A stretch of DNA of 64,000 nucleotides from an uncultured Clostridia bacterium (GTDB lineage: Bacteria; Bacillota; Clostridia; Christensenellales; UBA1242). The translations under genes were made by a program, and so were the position numbers. Below are positions 45,024-53,739 of the stretch, piece by piece (the stretch's first letter is position 1; every line of letters starts with the position of its first letter). The notes beneath the pieces were generated by a model. It saw only the letters and a program-made list of their open reading frames with translations. It was not told where the DNA came from and ran no database searches. The stretch spans positions 1,799 to 65,798 of the forward strand of contig CANQRC010000001.1 in the NCBI GenBank assembly GCA_947626155.1, in the 5' to 3' direction.

Positions 45024-45052
45024 TTGACAAACCGCATAAATTTGTGTAGAAT
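45024..45052 (+). promoter_or_regulatory. Sigma-A-type promoter of rpmF
   Basis: TTGACA 45024-45029, a 17-nt spacer, TG-TAGAAT (45045-45052). Confidence 0.6.
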
Positions 45053-45095
45053 ATAGCGTAGTTTGACTATTTGATGCATAAAAGGAGAAGAGAAA

Positions 45096-45290
45096 ATGGC
45101 AGTTCCAAAGCATAAAACTTCAAAACAAAGAAAAAATACAAGAAATTCTGCAAACTTCAATGCTGCAGAAGTTACTCTTGTTGAGTGCCCAAAATGCCAC
45201 GAACTTATGAAGCCTCATACTGTTTGTAAAAATTGCGGAACTTATAAAAACAAAACTGTTGTTGAAGATAAGAAAAATACAAAGAAATAA
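45096..45290 (+). CDS. rpmF: 50S ribosomal protein L32
   Basis: MAVPKHKTSKQRKNTR N-terminus and a CPKC...CKNC zinc ribbon. Confidence 0.93.
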   Translation: MAVPKHKTSKQRKNTRNSANFNAAEVTLVECPKCHELMKPHTVCKNCGTYKNKTVVEDKKNTKK

Positions 45291-45295
45291 AACTT

Positions 45296-45321
45296 AAACT
45301 CAACTTCTGTTGAGTTTTTTT
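45296..45321 (+). terminator. Rho-independent terminator
   Basis: 9-bp stem AAACTCAAC/GTTGAGTTT with a TTCT loop and a T-run. Confidence 0.72.
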
Positions 45322-45345
45322 ATGTAAAATTTATTGGAGATTTTT

Positions 45346-45747
45346 ATGCGGACTTTTACAAAAGATGATGTGAAGCCTAATTTTTGTGACGGCAAGGTTA
45401 CCGTCCCAAGTTGTTTCCATAAAATTGACCACGACTCTTTCAGCGGCGCGATGGGTGTTCTTGAAGTCGATTTTAGAGGGGCAGTGGATTTTGATTATAA
45501 AGCAATTTCCCTTGGCCTTTTTAGAGATTGTCTTAATCTTAGAAAGGTTACTTTTAGGATTAAGCCCAACTTTTCAGCCTTTTGCTTGTTTAGAAACTGC
45601 CCAAGCTCTAAAGTTGATGTTTTTGTTGCAGATAATGACTTGGAGGAAACAAAAAGAGAATATGGCGTGTGCAAAATTTTTAACGAGGCATACAAAACTG
45701 ACCTGCATTTTCACAAAATTGATTTGAATAAAGAGTTGAGGGGTTAA
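45346..45747 (+). CDS. Hypothetical protein, possibly BspA-type leucine-rich-repeat fragment
   Basis: GGAG RBS before ATG 45346. Repeating units of the type F..C..L..V.F are present. The assignment is weak. Confidence 0.4.
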   Translation: MRTFTKDDVKPNFCDGKVTVPSCFHKIDHDSFSGAMGVLEVDFRGAVDFDYKAISLGLFRDCLNLRKVTFRIKPNFSAFCLFRNCPSSKVDVFVADNDLEETKREYGVCKIFNEAYKTDLHFHKIDLNKELRG

Positions 45748-45794
45748 AACCTCTTCTTTTTTTGTTGTTAAATTTCGCACGAGTTTAAATTTAT

Positions 45795-45824
45795 TTGACT
45801 TTGCCTCTTTCTTTTTGCTATATT
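45795..45824 (+). promoter_or_regulatory. Sigma-A-type promoter of plsX operon
   Basis: TTGACT 45795-45800, an 18-nt spacer, TGC-TATATT (45816-45824). Confidence 0.5.
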
Positions 45825-45854
45825 TATTTATATTATAATAATTAGGAGTGCAAT

Positions 45855-46859
45855 ATGAAAGTTGTCGTGGATGCTTTCGGCGGAGATAACGCGCCTTTGG
45901 AAGTTGTGGAGGGCGCCGTTCTTGCCGTCAAGAAAAACAAAGACTTGACGGTTATTTTAACGGGCGACGAGCAAAAAATTAGAGAAATTCTTGCCCAAAG
46001 AGAGGAAAGAATTGAGGTTGTTGACGCAAAAGAGATCATCTCCAACAACGAAGCGCCAACCATTGCCATCAGGCAGAAAAAAGACAGCTCGCTTGTTCGC
46101 GCTTTTGACTTGCTTAAAGAGAATGATGATGTTGTTGGGCTTGTTTCTGCGGGAAGCACGGGCGCAGTTTTGACGGGCGCAATTTTGAAGATTGGCAGAA
46201 TTAAAGGAATTTCAAGGCCGGCTCTTGCGCCAATTCTTCCAACCGCAAAAGACGGGAAAAGTGTGATAATTTGTGATAGCGGCGCAAATGTTGACTGCAA
46301 AAGCGAAAATTTGTTGCACTTTGCCATTATGGCGTCGGCGTTTTCTTCAATTATGTTTGGCATTGAAAGCCCAAAAGTGGCGCTTTTGAACAACGGCACC
46401 GAGGAGCATAAGGGCAACGAACTTACAAAAACAACTTATCCTCTTATGAAGACAATTCCTGTGAATTTTGTTGGAAACTGCGAAGCAAGAGAGGTTATGT
46501 CGGGGGATGTTGACGTTATTGTGGCTGACGGCTTTGCCGGAAATGTGCTTTTGAAAAGCGTTGAGGGCGTGGCAAAGGGAATGTCGCAAATGATAAGCAG
46601 AGAGGCAAAGAAAAACATCTTTTCCATGATTGGCGCGCTTATGATGGGCAAATTTAAGGGCTTGAAAGCCAAAATGGACGTCAACAAATATGGCGGAGCG
46701 CCATTCTTGGGCTGCAAAAAACTTGTTTTAAAGACCCACGGCACGGCAAACAGAGAGGTTTTTTGCAACACAATTTTGCAAGTTGTTAAGCTTCACGAAA
46801 ACAAACTAAATGAAAAAATTGAAAAAATGGTTGAAGAGATGACCGAGGAGCAAAAATGA
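45855..46859 (+). CDS. plsX: Phosphate acyltransferase PlsX
   Basis: MKVVVDAFGGDNAP, VSAGSTGA and DGFAGNVLLK signatures. Confidence 0.93.
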   Translation: MKVVVDAFGGDNAPLEVVEGAVLAVKKNKDLTVILTGDEQKIREILAQREERIEVVDAKEIISNNEAPTIAIRQKKDSSLVRAFDLLKENDDVVGLVSAGSTGAVLTGAILKIGRIKGISRPALAPILPTAKDGKSVIICDSGANVDCKSENLLHFAIMASAFSSIMFGIESPKVALLNNGTEEHKGNELTKTTYPLMKTIPVNFVGNCEAREVMSGDVDVIVADGFAGNVLLKSVEGVAKGMSQMISREAKKNIFSMIGALMMGKFKGLKAKMDVNKYGGAPFLGCKKLVLKTHGTANREVFCNTILQVVKLHENKLNEKIEKMVEEMTEEQK

Positions 46860-47476
46860 TTGACGAAAAAATTGGCTACAAATTTAAGGACAAAACAATC
46901 CTAACTCGGGCGCTGACGCATCCTTCAAAATCTAAAAACAACTATCAGCGCTTGGAATTTTTGGGCGACAGCATCTTGAACTTTGTTGTTGGGGAATATT
47001 TGTTTTCCCACTGCAAAGACCAAGAGGGGCGGTTGACCGTTTTGAGGGCGCACTATGTTTCTGAGGAGCATTTGCAAGAGGTGTTTGACCAGCTTGACAT
47101 TGGAGAGTTTGTGATTGTTGGAAAAAGCCTGAAAAGTGAGCTCACGCCGGCAATTAAGGGCGACATAATTGAGGCAATTATTGCGGGGATTTATCTTGAC
47201 GGGGGCCTCGAGGAGGCGAAAAAGTTTATAATCAAAAATCTTCAAGTTGAGGATTTTGACAACGCCATTGACGACAACTATAAATCTCAACTTCAAGAAC
47301 TTGTTCAGGCAAATTTTAAGTGCACCATGAAATATGAAACCGTAAAAACGGGCGAATATTTTGAGGCAAAATTCTTTATGGACGAGGACTTGATTGCCAC
47401 CGGCTATGGAAAAGATAAGACCAAGGCGGAGCAAAATTGTGCGTGCGTGGCAATTAAAAAATTGTTTGTTGACTGA
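46856..47476 (+). CDS. rnc: Ribonuclease III
   Basis: ALTHPS...YQRLEFLGDSILNFVV signature plus a C-terminal dsRBD. The start overlaps the plsX stop (ATGA). Confidence 0.9.
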   Translation: MIDEKIGYKFKDKTILTRALTHPSKSKNNYQRLEFLGDSILNFVVGEYLFSHCKDQEGRLTVLRAHYVSEEHLQEVFDQLDIGEFVIVGKSLKSELTPAIKGDIIEAIIAGIYLDGGLEEAKKFIIKNLQVEDFDNAIDDNYKSQLQELVQANFKCTMKYETVKTGEYFEAKFFMDEDLIATGYGKDKTKAEQNCACVAIKKLFVD

Positions 47477-47515
47477 TTATTAAAAATAACTTTTTGTTTT
47501 TATTAAGGTGAGAAA

Positions 47516-50500
47516 ATGTATTTTAAAAAGATTGAAATGATTGGGTTTAAATCGTTTGCAGACAGAACTGTCATTGAGTTTAATGGCGGTTTTACTGCCA
47601 TTGTTGGGCCAAACGGTTGCGGAAAAAGTAACGTTTCTGACGCCATAAGGTGGGTTTTGGGTGAGCAGAGCGCAAAGAGTTTGCGTGGCGACAATATGCA
47701 GGACGTCATCTTTAAAGGCACGGAAAAAAGAAAAAGCCTCTCTTACTGTGAGGTCACGCTTACTTTTGACAACACCGACCGCTTTTTCAACATTGAATAT
47801 GACGAACTGAGCATAACCAGAAAACTTTACCGCTCGGGCGAAAGCGAATATCAAATAAACAAAAACACTTGCCGCCTCAAGGATATTATTGACCTCCTTT
47901 TTGACAGCGGAATTGGCAAAAACGGCTATTCCGTCATTGGTCAGGGCAAGGTCAGTGAAATTGTGGACGAAAAGCCAGAAGAGAGGCGCGCAATGTTTGA
48001 GGAGGCAGCGGGAATTGCCAAATTTAAGTCCCGAAAAGATGAGGCGGAAAGAAAACTTGAACGCACCCGTGACAACTTGACAAGAATTGACGACATTCGA
48101 AGCGAAATAGACCGCCAAATGGGGCCACTTCGCAAGCAGGCGGAGGACGCCAAGAAATATTTGGAATACAAGGGCGCTTTGAAGGATTTGGAAGTGAACG
48201 CCTATGTTTATCAATATGAAAATTCAAGCATTTTGAAAGAGCAAATTAAGGCGAGAATGCAGGCAATTGAAGAGGAGCTTTTTGCAAGGCAAGAGGACCT
48301 TGAAAACTTTTCTGTGACCTACAACGCCGAGATGGAAAAACTTTCTTCTCACGACAAAAAAATTGACGCGCTGAGCGAGGAACTTCTTTCTCTTACTGTT
48401 GAACTTGAAAAACAAGAGGGCGAAACAAAGGTTTTGAGGGAGCGAATAAACTTCACAAACAAGGAAAATGACCGAATAAATTTGGACATAACAAACGCAA
48501 ATGTTGTCATTGAAAACTGTGACGAACAGATGGACGCAAAGCGCCAAGAGAGGCTTTATTTGGAGGGCAGGCGCAACGCTTTAAACTCTTCTTATGAGGA
48601 ACTTTCTAACGAGCACCTGAAGATTGTTGACGAAATGTCGGCTTCCGAGACTGAGGCGGACCAATCTCAACAAAAAATCATTGAGACTTTGGGTTCGCTT
48701 TCTGACGTTAAGAGCAGCGTCTCTAGGCTGGAAACTGAAAAGGGGCTGCTGATGCAAAATCGCGGCACGCTGGAAAAGAACATTGAGGACGCAAACGCCA
48801 AACTTGAAGAGGCAAAGGCGCTTCAAAAGGCTTCAACGGAGGCCATTGAAAACTATTCGAAAGAATATGAAGAGGTTAAAAAAGAGGCGGAAGAGATTTC
48901 TGGGCGAATTTTTGTTGCCACAAAAGATATTGCCGACCTTGAAAACGAAAGGGCAAATTATATAACCCAAGTTAAGGTGTATGAAAACCGCAAGAAACTT
49001 CTCACCGAAATGCAGGCAGAATATGAGGGCTACGCTTACAGCGTCAAGAAAATTTTGAAAGAAAGCGAGAAAAATAACGCGCTGAAAAGCAAAATGGTGG
49101 GCGTTTTGGCGTCGCTTATCAAAGTGCCGGCTCAGTTTGAGACGGCGGTTGAGGTTGCGCTTGGAAACGCCGTGCAAAACATTGTCACTTTTGATGAAAA
49201 TGGCGCAAAAGACCTCATTGAATACTTAAAACAAAACCAATTTGGCCGCGCCACATTCCTTCCAATTTCAAGCATGAAGAGAAGAGATTTGGACGAGCAT
49301 CTTGTTGCCGGCAAAAAGGGCGTGTTTGGCGTTGCAAGCAAGCTTATTTCATATGATAGAAATATTGAAAATGTTGTCAGCAACTTGCTTGGTGCAACAG
49401 TGATTGTGGACAATATGGTGACGGCGGTAAATCTTGCCAGAGAAAACAGATATTCATTTAGAATTGTCACGCTTGAGGGCGACATTGTAAGCACGCAAGG
49501 GTCGCTGACCGGCGGAAGCAAAAAGAGCGAGGCGGTAAACCTCATCTCGCGCGAAAGGGAAATTGAGACCACCGCAAACGAAATTGACGAGCTTACAACC
49601 AAAATCTACGAGATGAAAAACAAAATAGAGTATTTGAAAGTTGATTTAAACGGCTCTAAAACAGAAGAAAAAAAGATTATTGACAAAAAGAACGACCTTG
49701 AAATTAAACTTGCCAAAGAACAGGAAAAATTGGGCGCAATAAACACCTCTTTGAAGAATTTGGAGGACGAAATTGGCGTTCTTAACATGGAAAAAACCAC
49801 GGTTGAGAACAAACTTAAAGTTATTGACGGCGACCTGAAGCAGACAAGTTTGGTTCAAAACGCTTTGAGCGGAAACAAGGATGATGCCGACCAACTTATC
49901 AAGCAAAAACAGGAAAGATACAATCAAATTAGGGCAAAGCGCGACGAAATTGTTGCGAATATGACCACAGTTAAGGTGGACCTAGCGTCCTGCGAGAGCA
50001 AGTTGAAGGCGGTTGATGACGAACTTGACAGGCTTTTGCTTGAAAAAGACAAACAACTTTCAAACATCGAGGCGCTTAAATCTCACCTTGCTGAAAACGA
50101 GAAATTTATTGAGAATGCCGAGGAGATGATTAGGCAGAAGATTGAAAATGCCGGGCCATCACTTGCAAAAGACAACTTGCAAAGGATTAGAAACGAGAGA
50201 GAAAGTTTGCAAAATGAAAAGGTGACAATTTCTGAAAATATCAGGCAACTTGACGAGAAAAAGACGGCTGTGATGGAAGAAATTTCCAAGATTAACGACA
50301 GGAAATATCGCGAGGACACAAACCTTACAAAGGTTGACACCGAACTTGAGGCAATGCAAGAGCGAATCTATGAGGAATACAGCCTCACTTACAATGGCTG
50401 CTTGGAATTTAAGAGACCGGATTTTGACATCAAAGAGGCGTCAATTGAAATTAACAAATTGAAGCGCAATATTTCCGCGTTGGGATATGTTAACGTTCAC

Positions 50501-51103
50501 GCCATTGAGGATGTTGCGGCGCTTCTTGACAGATACAACGACATGACGACTCAGGCGGATGATTTGAGAAAGGCCGAAGATGATTTGGTGAAGATTATCA
50601 AAGACCTGTCAACTGAAATGTTGACCAAATTCAACGACGAATTCTCTAAGATAAATGACAGCTTTAAGGTTGTGTTTAGAGAACTCTTTGGCGGCGGAAA
50701 CGCGAAGTTGGAACTCACTGAGGCGGAAGACCCACTTAATGCCGGCGTGGAAATTATGGTTCAACTTCCTGGAAAGGCGGCAAACAAACTGTCGCTTCTA
50801 TCAGGCGGCGAGAAGACCTTGACGGCAATTGCACTTTTGTTTGCTATTTTGAGGCTGAAACCTCTTCCATTCTCGCTTCTTGACGAAATTGAGGCGGCGC
50901 TTGATGACGCAAACATTGAAAGATTTGCAATGTATCTTAAAAAATTGTCGCAGACAACTCAGTTTATTGTCATAACTCACAGAAAGCCAACAATGGAGCT
51001 TTCAGACTGTTTGTATGGCGTTACAATGGAGGAAAAGGGCGTTTCCAAGATTGTTTCCGTTAAACTTGCAGACGCTATGAAACTTGAAGAGGAGGCAAAA
51101 TAA
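47516..51103 (+). CDS. smc: Chromosome segregation protein SMC
   Basis: FKSFADRTVIEFNGGFTAIVGPNGCGKSN Walker A, long coiled coils, a hinge (GVLASLIKV...), LSGGEKTLTAIALLFA and LLDEIEAALD. Confidence 0.95.
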   Translation: MYFKKIEMIGFKSFADRTVIEFNGGFTAIVGPNGCGKSNVSDAIRWVLGEQSAKSLRGDNMQDVIFKGTEKRKSLSYCEVTLTFDNTDRFFNIEYDELSITRKLYRSGESEYQINKNTCRLKDIIDLLFDSGIGKNGYSVIGQGKVSEIVDEKPEERRAMFEEAAGIAKFKSRKDEAERKLERTRDNLTRIDDIRSEIDRQMGPLRKQAEDAKKYLEYKGALKDLEVNAYVYQYENSSILKEQIKARMQAIEEELFARQEDLENFSVTYNAEMEKLSSHDKKIDALSEELLSLTVELEKQEGETKVLRERINFTNKENDRINLDITNANVVIENCDEQMDAKRQERLYLEGRRNALNSSYEELSNEHLKIVDEMSASETEADQSQQKIIETLGSLSDVKSSVSRLETEKGLLMQNRGTLEKNIEDANAKLEEAKALQKASTEAIENYSKEYEEVKKEAEEISGRIFVATKDIADLENERANYITQVKVYENRKKLLTEMQAEYEGYAYSVKKILKESEKNNALKSKMVGVLASLIKVPAQFETAVEVALGNAVQNIVTFDENGAKDLIEYLKQNQFGRATFLPISSMKRRDLDEHLVAGKKGVFGVASKLISYDRNIENVVSNLLGATVIVDNMVTAVNLARENRYSFRIVTLEGDIVSTQGSLTGGSKKSEAVNLISREREIETTANEIDELTTKIYEMKNKIEYLKVDLNGSKTEEKKIIDKKNDLEIKLAKEQEKLGAINTSLKNLEDEIGVLNMEKTTVENKLKVIDGDLKQTSLVQNALSGNKDDADQLIKQKQERYNQIRAKRDEIVANMTTVKVDLASCESKLKAVDDELDRLLLEKDKQLSNIEALKSHLAENEKFIENAEEMIRQKIENAGPSLAKDNLQRIRNERESLQNEKVTISENIRQLDEKKTAVMEEISKINDRKYREDTNLTKVDTELEAMQERIYEEYSLTYNGCLEFKRPDFDIKEASIEINKLKRNISALGYVNVHAIEDVAALLDRYNDMTTQADDLRKAEDDLVKIIKDLSTEMLTKFNDEFSKINDSFKVVFRELFGGGNAKLELTEAEDPLNAGVEIMVQLPGKAANKLSLLSGGEKTLTAIALLFAILRLKPLPFSLLDEIEAALDDANIERFAMYLKKLSQTTQFIVITHRKPTMELSDCLYGVTMEEKGVSKIVSVKLADAMKLEEEAK

Positions 51104-51999
51104 TGGGGCTTTTTAAGAAAATTGCGGGCGCGCTGAAAAAGACCAAGGACGCGTTTAACAGAAAGATTGATGCGCTTTTAAGCCACGGCGAAGTGGACGA
51201 CGAACTTTTTGACGACCTGACGGATGTTTTGATTTCTTGCGACATTGGGGTGAAGGCATCGCTTGAAATTGTGGAGGAACTTCGCGACGAGTGCCATAGC
51301 CGCAAAATCCGCAAGGCGGAAGAAGTGAAAGTTGTTTTGAAAGAGATAATCGAGGGCTATTTTTCTGACGCGCCACAAATTGACATTGAATATCCTGCAA
51401 TAATCACAATTATTGGCGTGAACGGCGTTGGGAAAACCACCACAATAGGAAAACTTGCCGACTATTTTAAGCGGGAGAAAAAGAGCGTGACGCTTGTTGC
51501 TGGCGACACATTTAGGGCGGCCGCTTCAAACCAGCTTGCCGAGTGGGCAGAGAGGACTAAGACAAGAATCATCAAGCACGCCGAGGGTGCTGATGCGGGC
51601 GCGGTTGTTTTTGACGGAATTGCAAGCGCCAAGGCCAACGGCACAGATGTTCTTCTTGTGGACACGGCTGGCAGGCTTCACACAAAAACAAATTTGATGG
51701 CAGAACTTCAAAAGATTGACAAGATAATTTCGAGGGAATATCCACAGGCGCACAAATACAACTTTATTGTGCTTGACGCCACCACGGGGCAGAACGCGCT
51801 AAGCCAAATAAACGCCTTTTCGGAGTATTGTCAAATTGACGGAATTGTGCTTACAAAACTTGACGGAACTGCCAAGGGCGGAGTTGTGATTGCCATTGAA
51901 AAAGAATACAAACTTCCTGTTGTGTTTGTTGGAACGGGAGAGAAACAAGAGGATTTAGACAAGTTTGATGTGAAAGAATTTGTTGAGGAATTGTTCTAA
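51103..51999 (+). CDS. ftsY: Signal recognition particle receptor FtsY
   Basis: GVNGVGKTTTIGKLA, DTAGRLH and TKLDGTAKGG SRP-GTPase motifs. The start overlaps the smc stop. Confidence 0.93.
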   Translation: MGLFKKIAGALKKTKDAFNRKIDALLSHGEVDDELFDDLTDVLISCDIGVKASLEIVEELRDECHSRKIRKAEEVKVVLKEIIEGYFSDAPQIDIEYPAIITIIGVNGVGKTTTIGKLADYFKREKKSVTLVAGDTFRAAASNQLAEWAERTKTRIIKHAEGADAGAVVFDGIASAKANGTDVLLVDTAGRLHTKTNLMAELQKIDKIISREYPQAHKYNFIVLDATTGQNALSQINAFSEYCQIDGIVLTKLDGTAKGGVVIAIEKEYKLPVVFVGTGEKQEDLDKFDVKEFVEELF

Positions 52000-52067
52000 A
52001 TATTGTGTAGTATGCATTGCATAATACACCAAATATTGTGGTGGTATGCAATTTTAAGGAGGGAAAG

Positions 52068-52871
52068 ATGAGTTATAAACTTAATGGAAAAATTGCGGTT
52101 ATTTCTGGTGGAGACAGTGGCATTGGGCTTGCCATTTCAAAGAGGTTAAAAGAAGAGGGTGTCAGGATTTTTGACATTTCAAAAGATGTAAAAAACCTTG
52201 ATATTTTTGAAGAAAGTTTTGCTTGCGACATCTCTGACGACAAAAGGATGAGGGAAGTTGTTGAGGTAATCCTAAAAAAAGTTGGAAAGATTGACCTTTT
52301 GTTTTGCAATGCCGGGTTTGGAATTGGCGGCCTTGTTGAAAACGCAACGCTTGAGAGCATTGACAAACTTTTTGCCGTGAACCTTGTGGCTCACATCAAA
52401 ATGACAAATCTTTTTGTTAAACACATAAACGAAAATGGCAGAATTGTTTTCACGGGGTCACTTGCATCAATTATTCCTCTTCCTTATCAGGCGTGCTATG
52501 GGGCAAGCAAGGCGGGGATTGAAAGTTTTTCACGCGCACTTGCAACTGAGGTGCGAGACAGAAAAATTAAGGTGACAACTTTTATGCCTTGTGATGTAAA
52601 CACCGGCTTTACTGACGCCAGAATTGTTCAAATTGGAAATGATGCAAAGGAAAAGAAAGGCATTGCCGAAATGGAAAAGTCAGAAAGAAACGGCGCTTCG
52701 CCAGATTATATTGCAAAGCGCGTTTTGAAGTTTGTGAAGAAAAACAATCCACCTCTTCGAAAGGCTATGGGCACGGTTGTTTTCCCCCTTACGGGCAAGT
52801 CAATTTCTTTCCTTGTTAGGCTGCTTCCGCTTAAATTTATAAACTTTTTGGTCAGAAAAATTTATTTGTAA
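52068..52871 (+). CDS. SDR family oxidoreductase
   Basis: AVISGGDSGIGLA (TGxxxGxG), NAGFG and YGASKAG (YxxxK). AAGGAGGG RBS before ATG 52068. Confidence 0.85.
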   Translation: MSYKLNGKIAVISGGDSGIGLAISKRLKEEGVRIFDISKDVKNLDIFEESFACDISDDKRMREVVEVILKKVGKIDLLFCNAGFGIGGLVENATLESIDKLFAVNLVAHIKMTNLFVKHINENGRIVFTGSLASIIPLPYQACYGASKAGIESFSRALATEVRDRKIKVTTFMPCDVNTGFTDARIVQIGNDAKEKKGIAEMEKSERNGASPDYIAKRVLKFVKKNNPPLRKAMGTVVFPLTGKSISFLVRLLPLKFINFLVRKIYL

Positions 52872-52961
52872 TTTAAGCCTTCCCAAATTGGGGCTTGGTC
52901 ACTTTTTGAGTTTTTAGGCAAAATTCGACAAGATTTTTCATAAATATCTTTAGAGGTGTTT

Positions 52962-53654
52962 ATGGTCTTTGAGAGTTTTGCTTATTTTTTTAGTAGAATT
53001 TGCCTTTTTACAAATTTTGTGAACACTGCCCAGGGCTTTCCAAAGCCGCTGACCTTGGAGGAAGAAAAAGCCCTGTTTGAAAAGATGAAAAAAGGTGACG
53101 CCAAGGCTAGGGAAAAGCTGATTGCTCACAATCTTAGGCTTGTGGCGCACATTGTTAAAAAATATACCTATTCTCTTGAGGCGGACGACCTGCTTTCGGT
53201 TGGCACAATTGGGCTGATTAAGGCAATTGACACCTTTGATTATGACAAAAAAGTGCAGCTTTCAACTTATGCGGCAAGGTGCATCAACAACGAAATTTTG
53301 ATGCTTATCCGCTCCAACAAAAAGCACAAAAATGTTGTTTCGCTAAACACTTTGACAAGCAACAATGACGACGACAAGGATTTGGAACTTAAAGATGTCC
53401 TCTCTTCTGATGACGACGAGATTTTTGAGCAGGTTGAAACAAACATCATCATGCAAAAGATAAAAAAGATTATTGAGGAGAAGTTGACCGAGCGGGAGCA
53501 GGCTGTAATAAAACTTCGCTATGGCATTGACTGCAAACGCGCGCTCACCCAAAAAGAGGTGTCAAAAGTGCTTGGAATTTCGCGCTCTTACATTTCAAGA
53601 ATTGAAAACAAAACTCTTCAAATTATCAGAGACGAACTTTCGCAAGAAAAATAA
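52962..53654 (+). CDS. sigK: Sporulation sigma factor SigK precursor (pro-sigma-K), uninterrupted
   Basis: A hydrophobic pro-sequence ends in NTAQGFPKPLT (compare B. subtilis YVKNNAFPQPLS). HNLRLVAHIVKKY, TIGLIKAIDTF, STYAARCINNEILM and LGISRSYISRIE closely parallel SigK. AGAGGTG RBS. Confidence 0.8.
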   Translation: MVFESFAYFFSRICLFTNFVNTAQGFPKPLTLEEEKALFEKMKKGDAKAREKLIAHNLRLVAHIVKKYTYSLEADDLLSVGTIGLIKAIDTFDYDKKVQLSTYAARCINNEILMLIRSNKKHKNVVSLNTLTSNNDDDKDLELKDVLSSDDDEIFEQVETNIIMQKIKKIIEEKLTEREQAVIKLRYGIDCKRALTQKEVSKVLGISRSYISRIENKTLQIIRDELSQEK

Positions 53655-53684
53655 ATTTTTTGTTCTAATTTTTTTTAAATTTGC

Positions 53685-53713
53685 TTGACAGTTTTTTTTC
53701 TAAATTTTAATAT
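53685..53713 (+). promoter_or_regulatory. Sigma-A-type promoter
   Basis: TTGACA 53685-53690, a 17-nt spacer, TAATAT 53708-53713. Confidence 0.5.
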
Positions 53714-53739
53714 TTATTATATAAATGTAAGGGGAAGCA

